From the IMG/VR virus record IMGVR_UViG_3300042988_001550: DNA of 64,000 nt, one strand, 5' to 3'. This document shows positions 61,377 through 64,000 of the stretch, one piece after another (position 1 is the stretch's first letter; each line of letters opens with the position of its first letter). Below the pieces are notes generated by a model. It saw only the letters and a program-made list of their open reading frames with translations. It made no database searches and was not told where the DNA came from. The stretch is from a virus. The translations under genes were made by a program, and so were the position numbers.

Positions 61377-62963
61377 TTAGTCCTTGGCGAAATTGCTGAT
61401 GAGAGCCGGAGTCTCGGTATCGTACCCGACGATGTCCAGCTGGTGCGGGTCTTGAGGATCCGCGATGGTGAAGCCGGTAGCCGTCATGCCGACGACGATG
61501 GCCTTGGCGTTGGGGCGGTTGCGTTCCTTGCGGAATCGATTCAGCGCCTGGTACGGCTGCACGCCGCCGTTCGTCTCATTGTCAGTCATGATGACGAAGC
61601 AATCCACGTCACGCTTCTGGGAGGTCGCGTACGAGTAGGCCGCCGAGCAGTCGGTTGATCCGAAGTTGTTCATGACAACCTTGTGCATAGCAGTCGCCAG
61701 GGTATCGTTTGCATGGATACCCAGGTCCTTGATCGTGCTGGCGAAGCCAACGATCTCGTGGTAGGGCTCACGTCGAGCCAAAACCATTGCCAGGCACGCG
61801 GTACCCATCGCCGGGGTGAACCCAGGGAAGACGGAGCCCGCCGAGCCGTACCCACCACCAGCCATCGACCCCGAAACGTCAAGCGCCAGCAAGAAGTTCT
61901 TGTTGGACGGTTCGACGTTGTTGAAGGCGTGGTAGAACAGCGCTTCCGTGACATCGGTGATGGTGCTCACCGGGGTCCAAGACAGGCTGCCCTTGATGCC
62001 ATGACCCTGACGGTACGTGTAGTAGGCGGCCAGCGCCTGCATCGGATGGATACGCGACTTTTTGATCGCTTCCTTATCCGACAGCTTCTGCTGGACCAAC
62101 TTCGTAGCCGAGCTGAGAGGCTTCAGCAAGCCGTTCGCCGTCATGCGCGCCAGGTTGCGGGTTAGCGCATTCAGCGGCATGTTCGGCAGCAAGGCTTCCC
62201 AGATCTCCGGATTCCCCAGCTGCTCCGTCGGAATCATTTCCCAGGTGATCGACTTGTTGCGTCGAATCACAGCGAGGATACCATTCTTGTCCGCCTTGCT
62301 GATTTCCTCCAGATCCGCGACGATCTGAGGAATACCTTCAGCAATCACATTCTTGCACGCCCACTGGAACAGTGCCTGCTGTTCCTTGAGAAGCGGCTTC
62401 GGGTGAGCCATGCGCAGCACGTCACGATGCGTCCACCCGTTGCGGTTGCGGTACTTGGCCATCTGATAGGCGAGGTCGTCGCCCTTCTTGTTGATGTACC
62501 AATCACCAACCGTCGTGCAGAGCATACGCCCCCAGCCGCGCATGTTCTGGACCTCTTCCGTGAACTGGAACAGGTGGGTACCCGTCCGGATCACCTGATA
62601 GAAGACGGCCTTGGCAGCCACCTTCGTCGCGAGGTCCTTGCTGCTCATCGCCATTGCCAAAGCAAAAATTGCGGGGTCTTGCTTCGGCGCACGCCCACCG
62701 ACGCTGATGTCGCGGATGACACCAACCGTCTTGGGACCGTCAGCATTGAGGCAGCGGGTCACCACCTCAGCATTGTCCACAGTCAGCTTGCGCTCGGACA
62801 CGTAGTACGTGCCGCCGCTCGACCCGAGAATCAGAAATCGTTCCAACCGCTTCCAGTCGTCAGTCTGGAACACATACCCACCGGTGTTGTTCAGTACCTG
62901 GTCTGAACGTGTCTTCTCGTGCACCGGTGCAGGAGTGTTCAGGATCTTGCCGTAGTTCTTCAC
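61377..62963 (-). CDS. rsr: Ro60/Rsr ortholog (TROVE domain plus C-terminal vWA/MIDAS)
   Basis: N-terminus NNTGGYVFQTDDWKRLERFLILGSSGGTYYVSERKLTVDNAEVV matches Ro60. The C-terminus has LALDVSGSM...TDNETNG (MIDAS). GTG start follows an AGGAGGG ribosome-binding site. Confidence 0.8.
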   Translation of the reverse strand: MKNYGKILNTPAPVHEKTRSDQVLNNTGGYVFQTDDWKRLERFLILGSSGGTYYVSERKLTVDNAEVVTRCLNADGPKTVGVIRDISVGGRAPKQDPAIFALAMAMSSKDLATKVAAKAVFYQVIRTGTHLFQFTEEVQNMRGWGRMLCTTVGDWYINKKGDDLAYQMAKYRNRNGWTHRDVLRMAHPKPLLKEQQALFQWACKNVIAEGIPQIVADLEEISKADKNGILAVIRRNKSITWEMIPTEQLGNPEIWEALLPNMPLNALTRNLARMTANGLLKPLSSATKLVQQKLSDKEAIKKSRIHPMQALAAYYTYRQGHGIKGSLSWTPVSTITDVTEALFYHAFNNVEPSNKNFLLALDVSGSMAGGGYGSAGSVFPGFTPAMGTACLAMVLARREPYHEIVGFASTIKDLGIHANDTLATAMHKVVMNNFGSTDCSAAYSYATSQKRDVDCFVIMTDNETNGGVQPYQALNRFRKERNRPNAKAIVVGMTATGFTIADPQDPHQLDIVGYDTETPALISNFAKD

Positions 62964-63007
62964 ATGCCCTCCTGTTGTTGGAAAAAAAAGAGCTAGAGCT
63001 CGAAAGT

Positions 63008-63016
63008 CTTATGACG
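63008..63016 (+). promoter_or_regulatory. CTTATGACG variant motif upstream of rsr
   Basis: Minus strand reads GTGGGGTGA-ttaagt-TCACCCCAC, TTTTTTT, AGCTCAAATATATCAGCAAACACGTCATAAGAC, 38 nt, AGGAGGG, GTG 62963. Confidence 0.45.
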
Positions 63017-63293
63017 TGTTTGCTGATATATTTGAGCTAAAAAAAGTGGGGTGAACTTAATCACCCCACAATCCGCCGCATAGACACTACCTAAAGTGCT
63101 CTCCGGGCCTAGTTGTCTTTTAGACGGTGGCCACTTACGAGACGGGACCGTAGTCCAGCAGGTCGTTGTCGTATTGAAGCGATATAGGGGTGAGCAAATT
63201 TGTGTGCGAGGGTGTTTTCTTGACCAGATAACCCTCACACTTCGGCTCACTTTTTCTATTTGTACAAGGCACTGGCGAAGCAAACCAGCTCAG

Positions 63294-63466
63294 CTAATAT
63301 ATCTGCAGAGCTCTTAAAGTTAGTTACCTCCAGTTCGTGACCAAAGGTCACGTGGTAATTTACACCTCCGAAGGAGGTGCACTTTTACCGTCGGTAAAGA
63401 GTGTTACGAGTGACCGAAGGTCAGAACTGGGGTAACTAACTTTAAGAGCTCTGCAGATATATTAGC
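63294..63466. repeat. 173-nt inverted-repeat element: 36-bp perfect stem plus a 6-bp extension, enclosing four short hairpins
   Basis: 63294..63329 (GCTAATATATCTGCAGAGCTCTTAAAGTTAGTTACC) is exactly complementary to 63431..63466. CAGTTC pairs with GAACTG after a 2/1-nt bulge. The inner loop contains GTGACCaaaGGTCAC, CACCTCCgaaGGAGGTG, TACCGtcGGTA and TGACCgaaGGTCA. Confidence 0.85.
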
Positions 63467-64000
63467 AGGGTGGTCCTTTGCGCATACATGTAGCTGTTCG
63501 GAAACGGGGGCGTATCGTCCGCGTTATGCCTCTGACTCATGCGCAGTAAATCAGAACATCTGCCGTTGTTTCGAATGATGCCCCAGCTAGGGCAGTGAAT
63601 GGGATCGGCACTTAGTGGAACGATGCAAGCGATTACCAGAGGTAGGTGTAGAGCCGGTCGCGTGCTGAAGCGTAGTTTACGGAGCTTCAGTAGCGCCGGC
63701 TCGTAACCTACCGGGGGTAATCGCAGAGCACCATTGTAGTACTGGTAGTTAGGTGAGCCTCAGCAACGTATCGTTGCCGTATGTCTATTCAGGCAGTACT
63801 GGTCCTAAATAAAGATCTGCCGATTTGTTCGATGGAAAAAGATGTGGCGGTGTTTCTGCGATCTTGCGTGAATCTGCCGCAGGATCTCCCTGCGTACCAT
63901 GCCGCACACACTGGGGCGCCAATGTCGTGGAAGACTTACCGGGGCCACCGAGAGGACAGCAACTGGCGCTAGCTGGCTGATGTCCTGTAGGTCCTGATCA

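Noticed and set aside
62993-63317. ORFs 62993..63283 (minus) and 63096..63317 (plus) upstream of rsr
   Set aside because: They have no ribosome-binding sites and span terminator-like hairpins and the rsr promoter-like motif. Their composition is odd (Cys/Trp/Thr-rich). The region is better explained as non-coding RNA or regulatory DNA.
63294-63466. The 36-bp perfect inverted repeat as a protelomerase (telRL) site or genome terminal repeat
   Set aside because: The arms are separated by 86 nt containing four independent small hairpins, not the contiguous palindrome needed for hairpin-telomere resolution. No protelomerase or terminase gene is adjacent. A structured RNA next to Ro60 is the more economical reading, though a DNA-level role cannot be excluded from sequence alone.
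1-64000. CRISPR array, integrase or attachment site, or a host island boundary
   Set aside because: No spaced direct repeats were seen. No tyrosine or serine recombinase motif was found in any ORF. Gene content is phage-like from end to end. The tRNA-end duplications are internal to the tRNA arrays rather than at a junction with host-like genes.

Overview
This 64 kb window reads as a contiguous stretch of a large, tRNA-rich dsDNA phage genome. I saw no integrase, no host housekeeping genes and no CRISPR array. The + strand carries a putative virion/tail block (75..5180), a sigma-70-like factor and two metallophosphoesterases, a ~7 kb nucleotide-sugar and glycosyltransferase island (9644..16811; gmd, DegT-like, LbH acyltransferase, FabH-like, FkbM methyltransferase, cupin, four GTs including a GT11 fucosyltransferase), a beta-helix protein, an SNF2-type helicase, and a baseplate/tail-fiber block dominated by one 3764-aa ORF (37816..49110) with LamG-like, repeated IPT/TIG-like and beta-helix-like segments. 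The minus strand carries three tRNA arrays. These include a tRNA-Lys interrupted by a 311-nt group I intron, a PD-(D/E)XK nuclease ORF flanked by tRNA fragments, a 346-nt tmRNA with a tag ORF, and several atypical tRNA-like genes. The minus strand also carries an SPFH/band-7 operon followed by a stand-alone receiver domain, a type IV pilin-like operon, a CcdB/MazF-fold toxin-like gene, and a Ro60 (TROVE plus vWA) ortholog. The Ro60 gene is flanked by unusually long, hairpin-dense non-coding DNA, including a 36-bp perfect inverted repeat, which I treat as candidate Y-RNA-like partners. A 9-nt motif CTTATGACA (reverse complement TGTCATAAG) recurs 12 times, always between genes. On the minus strand it sits in a stereotyped order of terminator, T-run, motif, ribosome-binding site and start codon, so I read it as a phage-specific promoter or operator, possibly served by the phage sigma factor. 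All functional calls come from reading motifs by eye. No database search was run.
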